Assembly: GCF_006345805.1 (NCBI RefSeq) | Contig: NC_043009.1 | Location: forward strand, 5,828,001 to 5,892,000 | DNA: 64,000 nt | Reading direction: 5' to 3' | Source: Octopus sinensis | Lineage: Eukaryota | Shown here: positions 28,573 through 43,629 of the stretch, piece by piece | Layout: each line of letters opens with the position of its first letter | How positions within the stretch are numbered: the first letter of the stretch is position 1 | Made by a program: the position numbers and the translations under genes | The notes under the pieces: generated by a model | What the model was told of the DNA's origin: nothing | Seen by the model: the letters and a program-made list of their open reading frames with translations, nothing else | The model's database searches: none

Positions 28573-29386
28573 CAACTTCACCTTGCACGACCTTGTTAGT
28601 TAATGAAAAGTTGTTCAGTTTTCATTGCTTACAAGATAAACCAGATATATGTTTTAAACACTTGTTATGTTTTATATAAGTGGATCGGACAGATGTGATA
28701 TAGACAGTCTGTACCTGGAAACTGAGTGTCCAGTGCCCGAGCTGAAAGAATTTTTGAGTGGAAAATCAAATGTTATCCTACATATCTTGCGCCAGTGCCG
28801 GCCGTCGCAGAAGTTAACTTCAAACCAAAGAGAATCGGAACAAGTAAGGCATAGCATCCAGTCTCGTGACCAAACAAGTTATTGAATTAATTGCCCAGCA
28901 TTAATAATTTCTGTCAATGCAGACCTGATGGTTAGAGAGGGCAATGAGTTGGCAGAACTGTTTGCTAGAATTGTTAGCCAAATGATTGGCTGCATTTCTT
29001 TCAATACTTTCTGTTCGTTGTCGAACTCCCGCCAAGGTAAAAACCTATCTTTCATTATTTCGGTGAGGTTCAAATAAAGTTCCAGTCAAGAATTAAGTTC
29101 GAAGAGATTGACTTGTGACGACCCTCGAAATCGGTTCCCTTAAACACTGTAACAGACCAGCAGCTCATTCTGGAGTAATTTTGCGATCTAGGCCACTTGT
29201 GCACCAGGGAAACGGGATAAGCAGGATTCTCTGTCCATGGACCTCACCTCGGCGGTATTAGAACGCAGGGTGTATAGATTCGGCCTACATAATGCAAGGT
29301 ATTTTAATTTATACTCTAATGATTCTACCTATCTGCCACCTCAAACAAGAACATATTCTTACAGTGGGATGTTTCTTATCGATGTA

Positions 29387-29422
<36 letters not shown>

Positions 29423-30414
29423 TCCTTACCTTTACTTCCTCCCCTCAGCGGTCATTCAAATAACTCTTTTGTCTTAAAAACGGTCAACCACACAGTAATT
29501 TCCCTTTGTTTAACGGTCATTTTCGTAGCATTTTTTCCGATGGCCGGATAACTGAAGAGATGTTGGTGTGGATTACCACCCCAACATCCGAAATTCGGAG
29601 TTTTATCTTGGCTACCGAATAATTTACAGATGAATTCCTCTATTTACATAATATCGAGGCCTCTTTCATTCTTTTACTCTCTTACCATTTCTATCAATAT
29701 ATATATATGCATATATATATATATATATTTCTTTAATGCAGACAAATACATACAGAAAAAAGTACACTCATGCACACACACACACATGTAATGATATTCA
29801 GGAATCTATATGTACACGGACACACATGCATCCATATACACGTGCATAAGTATTAGTGTGTCGTAGTGCTTTTTTTCTGTACGTCCACACGTGTGTATGT
29901 GCATGAGAAAGTTGCCAATATACTGACACAATGGTATTTATTCCACCTGGGTTACACAATTATACATTTCTCAAAACCTCACCCAGGGAAAATGCAATGA
30001 GCTATTGGCTGGACCGTTGGAAATCTGCAACCAACGAACAAGTTATTTTTTAATAAATATACAGCGAAATAAAATACAACTAAAAAAAATATAACTAATT
30101 GGTGGTTACGTATTCAATGAGAATTCGTCAAAACGTCCATTTTGGAAAAAAAAAAGAAATTCTGAAATAATTATTCCAAATGTTACTATTATCGCGATTG
30201 TTGTATCCATATCGTATTCCATCTATATAAAGAAAATATGCCGCATGTTAAAATTAATTAGAAATCTGCATGTAAATAATGTATGTATATATATATATAT
30301 ATATATATACAATTATGAATAAAGATATATATATATACACATACAATTATGAATAAAGATATAGGTATATATATATACACATACATTTACATACATACAT
30401 ATATAATACATATA

Positions 30415-30525
<111 letters not shown>

Positions 30526-31650
30526 CATGTGTTTTTTTTATTTTACTTTATTTCCTTATTTGAAAATTAATTAACCATCAGGAATATAGAAGCTATTTTT
30601 AATTACAGTATATTTCAAGGGAATATCTACGTATCTGATACGGAAGTATTTCTCTTAATTAAAATGAATTAAAGAGCTGACACGTCATCGCAATTTCCAT
30701 GGTACGCTTTCTTGATAATTAATTTAGACTCGTTTTCAGTTTGTGCTGTTGTTACTTTTTCTTTATGAAACTTAGTTAATTCCTTTTTCTGTTTTTTTCT
30801 CCCTTCTCGTTTATCAGCAAAATTAAATGTGTTGAATTAAAACACCGCAATACCACATCGTTTGTTTGATTTTCCTTTAATTTCCTTTTGAATTCCTATG
30901 TAGTTCCTATCTATGAAGGCCACCATATGCTTTTACATACCTTGAGAACACATGTGAAATAGAATACGTCAAGATACGTTTGTACTGTTCCCAATTACAA
31001 ATATCCATATATTGTATCTCACAAGTTCTTGACCTCTCTATGGAATGATCTGGAAAATGAAAGCAAAATCCTTCTATTTCTATCAACGAAAGCTTACGTG
31101 TGTTTTCTTGGAAATCCACTATTAATGTTGAATATTACAACAACATTTTATTAATATCGTACTCCAAAATTTAAGACAAAAACAATACAAATATTTCAGC
31201 TGCTCAACTTCATCAATATACATTTCTGACTATGAATCGCAATGAATCGTAATTTGGAAAATCATAAATATGAAATGATTTTGTGCAGCTTTTTAAATAT
31301 ATTTCTTATAGTCATGCAAAGTCAATACGAATTGAAAGTATAGATATATATTATCGAGAAGTATTTGCGCAATGAATGATTACACACTTGGAACCAGTTT
31401 TAGATACATTTTTTTGTGTGATTTCCTTGTACAAATATGTAATGAGATCGTATTCCGATTATTAGCAAAACTGAAATATTTTCAGCTATAAACATTTTCT
31501 TTCTTTTGCTAGAGTATTATGTGTTTTGTACTCGGAGAATTTTATGGTGGTAATAGTGTATTTCGCCGTCTATTTTTCATTGCATGTTGAGGCAAATAAG
31601 CAAGTCCTTGTTATAATTATGTATATAATTATAATATATATATATATATA

Positions 31651-32019
31651 TAGGTGCAGTCGTCACTGTTTGGATAGTAGCTTGCTTACGAACCACATGG
31701 TTCAGTCCTTGGGCAAGTGTCTGATTTGCACATGGGTCTGATTTGTTAGACGGAAACTGAAAGAAGCCCTTCGTGTATATATATTTATATATACATTTAT
31801 GTGTGTGTGTGTATGTTTGTGTTTCTGTGTTTGTCCCCCGCATTGACAACCGATGCTGGTGTGTTTACGACCACGTAACTTAACGATTCGGAATGAGAGG
31901 CCAATAGAATAAGTACTACGCTTAAAAAGAATAAGTTCTGGGGTCGATTTTTTTCGGCTAAAGGCGGTGCTGCAGCATGGCCGCAGTCAAATGACTGAAA
32001 CAAATAAAAGAATAAAAGA
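31651..32019 (+). mobile_element. SINE family A, internally deleted
   Basis: Head AGGTGCAG..., AGACGGAAACTGAAAGAAGCCC and the 3' tail are present. Confidence 0.82.
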
Positions 32020-32052
32020 AGATATATATGCGTACGTGTATGTATATGTGTA

Positions 32053-32091
<39 letters not shown>

Positions 32092-32583
32092 TTGCTGGTG
32101 TGTTAAGACATTTACTCACTAAAATTATTTATTTCATTCTCACAAGGTCATCTATGTAGAGATGTTTCACAAGTGGATAAAACAACAATGACGACCAAAA
32201 TTTATTCCCTATTCATTCCGTTTAGGATCATGAAGAAGAAAATACAAAAATATGCATTTGAACTTACTGCCTTATTAAGCATGAAGAAATAATTAAAAGC
32301 ATGCCCGCTCGTTCAACAGTCTACAGATGGTTGCCCTTGTTTTCAGGCGCACATATTAATTTATAGATGGCTTAAGGGGTTTTCATTTCAGTCAAAACCT
32401 ATCAACCACGATTTCTGCTGAATAATACCCATTTATTTTCCCTACACAGTAGATTATTATAAACATATACAACAGATTCACGCTATACATTTTTTCTCAA
32501 TATCGTACGTTGTGCCAAACATACACTTACGTATAAATACGCAATGATATATTCCGTTATCATTTTTTTCTTTCAATCTTAAC

Positions 32584-32652
<69 letters not shown>

Positions 32653-33317
32653 AAAAACAGACTGAAATATAATTTGTAGGTTCTCCTCGCATTATACACA
32701 TACGCTTACATTGCTTACTTATGGGTATATCTAATTGGATAAATCTCAACGTGTGGTATTGTATATAATGTTTCGATGTGCTTTAGGGTGTTAAATTCGT
32801 AGGGCTGACATCGATCTTAAGCATCGCACCAGCAAACTGTTTTCAAATTGAATTTATTTTCAGTTTATTATATTAACAATAAACTTTACCACCAAGTGGC
32901 ATATAATGGCTGTACATTTTCTGATACATTTTCAGTTTTACTTAAAACTCTGCCAACTTTGTTTCTAATTCTTTTCAATTGTTCTATGTTACATACATTT
33001 CTTTCGATTTTTAGCATTGCACTAGTTGCACTTGTTCTGATTCAACGTATCTAAATTCTTTTAAACTGAATTAAGAACTTGTTTCACTTACACTCTTAAT
33101 GCATTATGTCCCTACCAATCTGTCTATCAATATGGGTGTGTGCGTGTATGTGTTTTTGTATCATACGTATATATGTATGCACATATGTATATGTACGTGT
33201 GTGTATGTTCATGTGTGTGTATTTGCTGGCGTTTTAAGGTATTTACTGCTTAAGATGTATTTATTTCATTCTCACAGGTCATCTATCTAGATATGTTATA
33301 TATATGTATATGTATAC

Positions 33318-33372
<55 letters not shown>

Positions 33373-33689
33373 TATATATATACATATATATATTACATAT
33401 ATATATTATATATATATATTATATATATATATAATATATATAATATATATATTATATATATATATATATATAATATATATATATATATACGTAGATATAT
33501 AAATACATATACAAAGATATGTATCTCTATGATATACATATACGAAGACACGTATCTCATAGTATATGAGTCTGATGTTTATCACATATAATGCAAATTG
33601 CTGTAGACAACTCCTCTAAATATACCAGTAATAGATTACCTGTTCTGAATACTGAGCTGTGGATAGAGATACTATGATCAACGGAATTG

Positions 33690-34741
33690 TTAAGCCCTTT
33701 TCACTCTGATGATGATGGCAAATTTACTGGTGAGTACTACTTCGTGCAAATTTACTGGTGAGTCCGTAGGTGATCAATAAGACCAATTCTTGCTTGAAAA
33801 GATCGGTCGCAGTGCGGACATCTAGTGCCGGAAGGGAGTGTCGCACGTGGTTGTTGTTGGCGCTCCTTCCGTCGTCGTCTTTTCTCCTCCAGCTCTGCAG
33901 ACCTTTTCGACTCGAAAGTCGCCGTTCCCTCATGGATGGTGGTTTTCTAGAGTGGTCTGTTTTTTGCCGTTTCCTCCCAGTTAATGAAGTCGATGTCACA
34001 CTTTTTGAGGTTCGTTTTCAGGGATTCCTTGTAGCGTTTCTTCTGGCCTCCTTTTGTACGCTTGCCGTCTTTGAGTTGGGAGTAGAATATCTGTTTGGGA
34101 AGTCATTCGTCAGTCATTCTAACCACGTGGCTGCTCCATCTTAGTTGGCCTTTGATGACATAGGCTTCGATGCTGGTCATATTTGCTTCTTGTAGCACGC
34201 TGACGTTTGTTCTTCTGTCTTCCCAGCTGATGTTAAGGATCTTCCGAAGACAACGTTGGTCAAATTTCTCGAGCGTTTTAAGGTGGTGACTATACGGGGT
34301 ACAGGTTTCAGATGCGTAAAGGAGGGTTGGAATAATGACTGCCCTGTACACCATGAGTTTGGTTTCGGTTCGGATGTCCCGATCAGCAAAAACTCTTGTT
34401 TGAAGCTTGCCGAAAGCTGTTCCTGCACACTTCAGACGGTGTTGGATTTCATCGCTGAGGTCTACGTTTGCTGACAGATGGCTCCCAAGGTAGCAGAAAT
34501 TGTTCACATTTTCCAGTGGAATTCCTTCTAGTTGAATCGATGACGGGTTGTCAATACGGGCATTGGAAGGAGGTTGGTAGAGTAAGTTAGTCTTCTTGAT
34601 GTTGATGCTCAGTCCAAGTTTAGTATATGCATGATGAAAAGCATTTAGGATCTGTTGGAGGTGATCCTCTCTGTAAGCTGCTACACTGTTGTCGTCGGCA
34701 TATTGGAACTCTAGCAAGCTTCGCGCCATTGTCTTTGACGT
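33690..34741 (-). mobile_element. 5'-truncated RTE-clade LINE (RT C-terminal half + C2H2-like finger)
   Basis: ORF 34729-34103 has QYADD, INIKKT, YLGS, LLYASET and QRCLRKILNISWEDRRTN. After a stop it continues LPKQIFY...NRPLWR...CPHCDRSFQARIGLIDHLRTH. Confidence 0.92.
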
Positions 34742-35240
34742 ACTTTTGAGTATTACAAACCTATGACTAAACCACTAGTAATCTGTAGATACGACCAAAG
34801 TCAACATCTTCCTGGCAGACTTAGATTAATTAGAAACCTATGAGCACCATTCCAACCACAAGAACGACAATAACACATCCAGCACAATATATCCCGAATG
34901 TAACGTTCTGGTTACACACACTCCCATAGAATCAGAGTGTACAAAAGATTCGAACGCATTCTAAGAAATGAGAAAAATGGTATATGCTCACTTACCGCAA
35001 CAATTTCTGGAATAGGTTGGGGAGAGACTCCTTCAAAAGAAATAAAAATAATACTTGGTGTGATAACAAGAAGCTTCACAGTGTTTGTTGGCGCTACACC
35101 TAGGAACGAATTAAGTAAATTATTGAAGAAAATCCTACGCACAACTGGCCTTAAGATCAAAGTGGCAGATAAGACAAGTAGGGCTTTGAAATCTGTATTA
35201 AGTAAATCGTACTCATTTGATTTTTCAGAATAATTGTGCA
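34742..35240 (+). mobile_element. Penelope-like element fragment (RT thumb / linker region)
   Basis: YKPMTKPLVI...KVNIFL...SGYTHSHRIRVYKRFERILRNEKNGICSL...FVGATPRNELSKLLKKILRTTGLKIKVADKTSRALKSVLSKS matches the PLE linker pattern. Confidence 0.7.
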
Positions 35241-35276
35241 CTTCTCCTGCCTACGGATTACACTGGACTCTTCTGT

Positions 35277-35313
<37 letters not shown>

Positions 35314-35329
35314 CATACATACATAAATA

Positions 35330-35492
35330 CGACCGGCTCCTTTTTTTATTTTCCGTCGGCCAAATTCATTGACAAGGTTTTTGTCGGCACGGGGCTACAG
35401 TAGAAGATACTTGACCAAGATGACATTAAGTGGAATTGAACCTGAACCTACATGCTTGGGAAGCCAACTTCTTACCACATAGCTATGCCTTC
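35330..35492 (-). mobile_element. SINE family A 5' part, diverged
   Basis: Homologous to 1584-1755. Confidence 0.72.
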
Positions 35493-36489
35493 GCGTACAA
35501 GCGTGGGCGTGCGTGAGTGTGTAATTTAATTTAGATTTGAATCTATAAGAATCCACTCACCATTTTAATGCTATTGTTAACGCGAATTAGAAAAGAAAAC
35601 TATTTATACAAACAGATCAAACATGCTTAGCTAAATAATGGATTATGTCGTGTAAAGGTTAACCAACGTAGATGGATTACTGTCAAAACTACTCCACATT
35701 CTGCACCTAATGACATGTTTATAAGGTGTGTACGTCCTACGCAGTAGTATATGTCTCAGATGCACTTACCTTTACATTCCCTCTCATAATCACAGTCCGC
35801 CATTTTCTCTATATTCCTGTCATATTAAACAAGAGTTTCATATATAAAATATATCTATATTCGTGTCCTGATTTTAACTAAAAGCTTGGAAGTATCGCAA
35901 ACCCACAGCTATTAATGGTGCTGCTGATGTGGTTGTTGCTGAGGTTTGTGTTTATACAAAAGAACAAGGTAGCAGTATTGAAATTGCTCCGTAAAAATGA
36001 TAGATTTTGTTTCGAGATGACATAGAGAGTTTGACAGCATGTGTGACTAAAGTGACAACGTCACAATATGTATGTATGTATATATGTAGGAATGTATGTA
36101 TATATGTATACATGCACACATATAGAACATATATACATATTCATACATGTATATATATTATATACACACACACACACACACACACCACACCCTATATTAT
36201 ATATAAATATATATATATATATCTATATATATATAGTATATATATTGTGTATAATCATATCTATCTATCGATCTTGCTATCTCTCTCTGTCTCCCTGTAT
36301 ATATATATATACATATATATATATATACAAATAAGGAAATGGAGAGACAAATTCATTTCGATCATTCAACTTACGGATATTACAATTTCACATTATTTAT
36401 TAATTATATAAATGGGAACTTCAAAATCGAACAAAACAATATACATCAATATGTAATATAATAATAGAAATGGATTCTGTACCATAAAA

Positions 36490-37020
36490 AAAAAGGTTCT
36501 TCGCAGTGGTTGAACCAAAATGAAGCACCATAAACCTTCCCTAAACCCGAAGTCTTCGAGAAGAAGATTATGGTAACTGCTTGATGGTGTACTGCTGGAC
36601 TCATCAATTATAACTTCTTAATGCCCGGAAAAATCCTTACTGCAGAAACATAATTCCATGAAATTTCTAAAATGAACGAAAAATTGCTGTTCCTCCGTCC
36701 CAGACTGGTCAACAGAAGAGGTCAGTCATTCTTGATGACATTATTCGACCACACATTTCACTAATGACGCTCCAGAAGTTAAGGAAACTTGGCTACGAAT
36801 TTCCTCCACACCCAGCTTATTCCCTAGACCTTTCTCCTACCGACTATCACTTTTTCAAGCACCTTGCTGGTTTCCTGCGAGAGGAGTTCAAAACTTTTTT
36901 TATATTTCCGGAATAAAGAAATTTGTAAAACGTTGGCAAAAATGTACTTACTTCGATGAATAAAATTTCCGCATTCTTGAAATATATTGGGCTGAATTTC
37001 ACGTTTGCAAATCGTTGCTT
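36490..37020 (+). pseudogene. Degenerate mariner transposase 3' half (Hsmar1/cecropia-like motifs)
   Basis: Translates with stops and frameshifts to KKIMVTA*WCTAGLINYNFL...QKLRKLGYEFPPHPAYSLDLSPTDYHFFKHL...KRWQKC. Confidence 0.88.
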
Positions 37021-37034
37021 GAATTTAACTCAGA

Positions 37035-37069
<35 letters not shown>

Positions 37070-37142
37070 AAGATATATATATATAATAGAGAGAGAGAGA
37101 GAGAGAGAGAGATAGATAGATAGATAAATAGATAGATAGATG

Positions 37143-37208
<66 letters not shown>

Positions 37209-37250
37209 TAGATACGTATGTCCATATATACATGTATGTATATATATATA

Positions 37251-37415
37251 TAGGCGCAGGAGTGGCTGTGTCGTAATTAGCTTGCAAACCAGCCACATGG
37301 TTCCGGCTTCAGTCCTACTGCGTGGCATCTTGGGCAAGTGTCTTCTGCTATAGCCCCGGGCCGACCAATGCCTTGTGAGTGGATTTGGTAGACGGAAACT
37401 GAAAGAAGCCTGTCG

Positions 37416-37446
<31 letters not shown>

Positions 37447-37687
37447 TGTGCGTGTGTGTGTGCGTGTGTGTTTGTGTGTCTGTGTTTGTCCCCCTAGCAT
37501 TGCTTGACAACCGATGCTGGTGTGTTAACGCCCCCGTCACTTAGCGGTTCGGCAAAGAGACCGATATAATAAGTACTGGGCTTACAAAGAATAAGTCCCA
37601 GGGTCGATTTGTTCGACTAAAGGCGTTGCTCCAGCATGGCCTCAGTCAAATGACTGAAACAAGTAAAAGAGTAAAGAGTAAAGAGTA
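37251..37687 (+). mobile_element. SINE family A, complete
   Basis: AGGCGCAGGAGTGGCTGTG head, internal (TA)n(TG)n, tail GTAAAAGAGTAAAGAGTAAAGAG. Confidence 0.9.
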
Positions 37688-37867
37688 TATATATATATAT
37701 ATCTTCACTCACTTCTATATAAATATATAAGCATAAAGTGTGTCTGTCTGCCTTCTTCTTTGACTGACAACATATGCTATCATTTAGAACGTAAAGCCAT
37801 TTTTATAAATTATTTTCTTTGCAATTTGAAGCGATGCAACAGTCTCGTATACATAATTATGTTTCGT

Positions 37868-37909
<42 letters not shown>

Positions 37910-38983
37910 GTACTCGTAATGTACACAGAACGAAAAAACTGTTTGACTACTGATAATCTTTATGGCAGTTACGAACAATGCCGTCAGTACCCGTTCTTGT
38001 GAATGAAACTATTCCCGGTTTAACTGGTTCTATTTTTGATAAACAATAAATTGAAAAGCATTATTCGATAAACAATAGTTTTCATTTTATTTATTTTCGT
38101 TATAGTTTTGCCTTTTTTTTTCTTTTCGTACAGATTGCGTTCGTAGCTATATTTTTCTGTTTACGCTACTGCTTCCTTTGTTTATATTACAGATTCTATT
38201 TTGATCGTATATTTATTGTTATATTGTACTATATCATAACATTCGATGTTGAAACTTGTGGACTGATACGCAGTACCATTATTTGTATATTGTTGTTCCC
38301 GTACTGTCTTGTGTCAACCCGTATCGAGCACATACATCATCAATGGTTATTATATTCACTATAAACGTCTCAGTACGTTTAATACTACATTATATTATAT
38401 AATCGTTTTTATTTTAAATATAACGGTGACATTGCAGAAACTCAGTCTACTAACAGTTATTGGAAACCACAAAGATGTTATGACAAATTCTACCTAGAGC
38501 TTCTATACTGCAAATATAATTAATAAGGTAGAAAGAGAGTTTGTGATATTCCTTTATTAGTTCTGTAGATTGTAACATTTATAAAGATTCAGCATATTAT
38601 TAGCTTAATATACCTACTGCAGATGAATGCATGTTCCGCTCAGCTTACGTTTCTCATAGTGTAACGCAGTGAATCTGTATACAGCAGGCATAAAACAACT
38701 ATAAATCATCGGTTAAAAGAGATGTGTCTGATAAGATGTTTTACCAAGCGTTTCGTAACAATGATTTCAATATTTCAATGGAAGAATTACGAATGAGTTT
38801 CGTTCTATTTTAGTATTGAATGAAATGTTATTACAATTGCAAGTGCTTCTACCACATTTTAACAGGCACAATAACGTATATAGGCACATACACACACACG
38901 CAAAAATGAGGCACCTTATAAAGGATAAAAATTGAGAATTTGTGGCATATATACATATACACACGTGTATATACATAAATACT

Positions 38984-39023
<40 letters not shown>

Positions 39024-39859
39024 TATATATATAGATATATATTGTGTGTGTATGTGTCTGTGTGTACGTGTGTGTCTATATATATATATGTATATGTATG
39101 TATGTATATTTAAAATATGAAAACATCACAAATATTTTAAAGTTATTGAACACATACATGTGGAAAAAATATATAAATGAACACACGAATTGTTCTCACA
39201 CATCCTTACACGCACATACACATGCATCTCTCATACATATATATACAATGGTGTGGGGCTGGAGTTTTACCTTCTTTGTATGCATCTATATGTGAGGCTA
39301 TATATACACCAATTCACCTATATTCGCGTACATATGGTGTATATATAATTAATTAAGATTCACTTTAATTAAGTTCTAAAATTGAGGCACCAAGCCAGTT
39401 CCATGGAGTTCGACAGCTCCAAGTAAGGTGAACAGAATGTAAATAAGAATCTAGGATGTCCAGGTACCAATACATCATGGCCGTTTCCAGCGGACTCATT
39501 TAATCGATCAATGAAAATATTACATCATTTCATTGGAATTGCTCTCCTTAGGAGAAGATGAAAATATAGATTAACAATATAAAAAAGAAACCATTTTTAA
39601 CAAGTTTATACCAAAACTTGAAACTGAAATAATTACGTTGTTTCTTAATGTTATATTTGTGGCAGAAGGAATTTAGAAATTAATACATATCTTATTAAGC
39701 CTACTAGAATTTAGAGAGCAGCAGAGGAAAAAGATATAGTAGAGAAATAGTTATTCATATTTAGAAGATTTTATACAGCATGTAGATTACAACCATTTGA
39801 AATTAAGTCCATTGGTATTTGTGAACTGTTTCCTAGTTGATGGTGATAAAATAGATCAC

Positions 39860-40730
39860 ATTTAACAACTCCCAATTCAGGTGCACATTTTGTGGGTCAT
39901 GTCGATTTTACTGCTTATGTGAGCAGCCCAGCTTATGTTGCCTAGAATTGCTCCCAAGTCGCTGATGTTGTTGGATGCCACGAGAATGTCACCTTAAGGA
40001 ATGGAGTATGCGTGTTTTAGGGTATTCCCCTTTTCTAAAGTGGACTAACTTATTATCTAGACTAATTTATCCTCGTTCAGCGCCTATTGGATAACAGTTA
40101 GTCGGTCAGACTGAGATCTTACCCGGTCACCCACTTCATTGATGATCTTCTGGAGTTCGGAATCATCTACAAAGATTCTTATGCTGCTGTGCTTGATGAT
40201 GTCGGTAACGCCATTAATGTAGATGATGAAAAGAAGTAGGTCCAGCACAGTGCCTTGTGGAACACCACTACTGACTTTGACAAGGATTAATTTTATTCCT
40301 TCGATTAGAACGTGTTGGGTTCTGTCTGTCGGAAAATATTTGATCACCCATTGACACCAATCTTGTATAGTTTTTTTTCAGTAGAATCTCATGGTCAATC
40401 CTGGCGAAGGCCTTGCTGAAATCAAGGGAGAGAGCAGCGGTGTTAGAGCCCTGTCCCAAAGCTCTCAAGATGCCATCAAATTAATGCAGAAGCTGTGTTA
40501 GGCAGTTCCTTCCATTACAGAAGCCATATTGGTTGGAGTTCAGCAGTCTGTTGCTTTCAAGAAAGTGGGTTATTCGCGATCTCATTACCCTCTCAAAAAC
40601 CTTGATGATATGAGAGGTGAGTGAGATCGGACGGTAGTTCAATGCAAGGGACTTGTTTCGCTTTTGGAAAAATGAGACAACAGACTGTGACAGAAAGTTT
40701 TTTTGGAATAAAGCTAGCATCCAATGGGTT
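39860..40730 (-). mobile_element. Degenerate CR1/L2-group LINE reverse transcriptase fragment
   Basis: NYRPISLTSHIIKVFER, NQYGF, LDFSKAF..IDHEILL, SGVPQGTVL.LLLFIIYIN and IFVDD, with stops and frameshifts. Confidence 0.9.
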
Positions 40731-40987
40731 CTTCTACAGATTAGCGAGGGGAGGTGTAAGTTGGTGACGATACACCTTCATGACACAAGTAGGGAACCTC
40801 TAGGGGCCTGGTGTTGAACTGTGTTTAATTCTGTTTATTGCCACAAAGATAGTAGGGGCGCCTAACGTTATTGCTGACATAGTGTGTTGGGGGTTGATAT
40901 CACCGATACAGTCCAGTTCGGCCGTATCAGGACTGCTGAAGACAGAGCAGTATTGTTTCTGCTGTCTCTCATCCATATATCTATCTA

Positions 40988-41070
<83 letters not shown>

Positions 41071-41389
41071 ATATATATATATATATATATATAACTCACA
41101 TCACAGATCTTTATGAATTCATGTTATAACAGACACTCATATGCTGATTATTTAGATACAAGCTTTCATACCTATTCGGATTTTGGAAAAATTAGAAAGT
41201 AAAGTATTAAGGAGAGACATTAGAAATGAAAGGAAAATATTCCAATTAAAGGACGACCATATATTAATTCGATGAAAGATATAATATATATGTTTGTGTG
41301 TGTGTGTGTGTATTGTGCTTGACACTGTTATTATTCGTTTGTTTAGTCAGATGTAGAAGTGAATTGCAACGTCAGCGGTGCTCCGCTGC

Positions 41390-41540
41390 AGCGGCCTTTC
41401 CATTGGACAACGTCGGATTGGTGGGACCTGTATGCATGGCCGACTGGTGGTCTTCCACAAACAACTATACCCCGACTTGCGTTTCGGAGATTAGTTTCTT
41501 AGGTTCAACACCATGGTCATTCGCGACCGAAGGAGATCTT
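41390..41540 (+). mobile_element. SINE family D 3' tail fragment
   Basis: Homologous to 47535-47700. Confidence 0.7.
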
Positions 41541-41996
41541 CATATGCATATCTACATACATGCATACATACCTATTATTTCATTTAATACGCAGTATATG
41601 AGTCAAACTAACTCAATCAAACAAGTTTACATTCAACAGGCATTTAGTATTGTTTCCTTGATAATTATGATACGAAACGTAGACATTGATATATACGCAT
41701 TTCATGTAAATATTCAGTTCTAAATCAACTTTAGCAGGTCTCCCAAAGATCCCACAGCACAGATATATCTTTTGTTGCCCTCTTCAATTCAAAATCGCTT
41801 GGTGTACGGCATACGCTTTATAACATACCAATACTGGAATGATTTGCATTCATCATACTCCATATTTATTATCATTGACATTGTATGCAAGGATGTCATT
41901 TTCATTGGGATTCTAGTATGTGTACGTATGTATAAATTTACGTAAATACATATATCCATCCATGTAACATAGAAACATAGACACACATATACATAT

Positions 41997-42039
<43 letters not shown>

Positions 42040-42108
42040 ACATACATATATATATATATATCGATATATATATATATACATTTATATGCATATATATTTG
42101 CACACACA

Positions 42109-42239
<131 letters not shown>

Positions 42240-42507
42240 ATATATATATTAGTATATATATATATATAATATATACTCTTATATATAAGTACTTGCAATG
42301 ACGAGAAGGAAAACAATACCTTACTGAAAATAAATATTTAATGCAATTCTCAAACAAGCTGATGGATGATAAAATAGATAGAGCATCTAAAATATCTGTA
42401 TACTGCCGTAATTAAGTTATGGATTTTGAATTATTGTGATTAGTGATGGTAGATACTACGTAACATTTCCGTCATGACGTACCACATATCTCCCGCTGTA
42501 ACAGAAA

Positions 42508-42527
42508 ATAATGATAATAATATAATG

Positions 42528-42559
<32 letters not shown>

Positions 42560-42597
42560 TAATAATAATATAATAATAATGATAATAATGATAAATC

Positions 42598-42660
<63 letters not shown>

Positions 42661-42680
42661 TAATAATAATAATAATACTA
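42508..42680. repeat. (AAT)n microsatellite
   Basis: Read directly. Confidence 0.97.
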
Positions 42681-43086
42681 ATAATAATCATAGTTTTCAT
42701 GTATTCATAATACACTACCATAGAGGATTTGTAATTGGCTGTCAGGAATTAAGTATGTATTCCACCTAAGAGGCAAAATGCTGGATTACTCCATGTGAAT
42801 ATTGACAACGAACATATTATGATTTAAGAGATGCACATGCAAGTTAAAGAGTAAAGTTTTATATTCAATTATAGCAGAACACACAAGTGAGATATCTTCA
42901 ACAATAAAATGACGCATTTGGAAAGATAACCTGTCACAATTCACAAGCTGACTTTTATCGGTAATCTCGTTTGTACAATGTTATAATATTGGCTGTATCT
43001 ATTCTTCGTAGATGCTCCTACATGCGAACATTCATGCATATATAAACTTATACCTATACATGCATGCGTATGCACATACGAATATA

Positions 43087-43117
<31 letters not shown>

Positions 43118-43120
43118 GTA

Positions 43121-43172
<52 letters not shown>

Positions 43173-43226
43173 CATACTTATATATATTTATGCATGCATA
43201 CCTATTTATCCATCTATAAATCTATA

Positions 43227-43258
<32 letters not shown>

Positions 43259-43298
43259 TATATGTTTATATATACATAATATATATATATACATATAC

Positions 43299-43342
<44 letters not shown>

Positions 43343-43504
43343 TATATGTATATATGTATACATATAGGAGTATATATATTAAATATATATTACATATGTG
43401 CGTACGTGCTTATATACGTAATATACATCCATAAGCACATTATGTTTAGATATGTAAACACACACATATCTGTAAATATATTTATTTGTATATATATATT
43501 TATT

Positions 43505-43538
<34 letters not shown>

Positions 43539-43582
43539 ATATATCTTATATATCTTTATATATATATATATATATATATATC

Positions 43583-43629
<47 letters not shown>

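Noticed and set aside
28681-28843. Possible exon (AG|TGGATCG...GAACAA|GTAAG; GSDRCDIDSLYLETECPVPELKEF...)
   Set aside because: Splice-like ends and one open frame, but no recognisable protein family and no linked exons. Needs RNA-seq or BLASTX.
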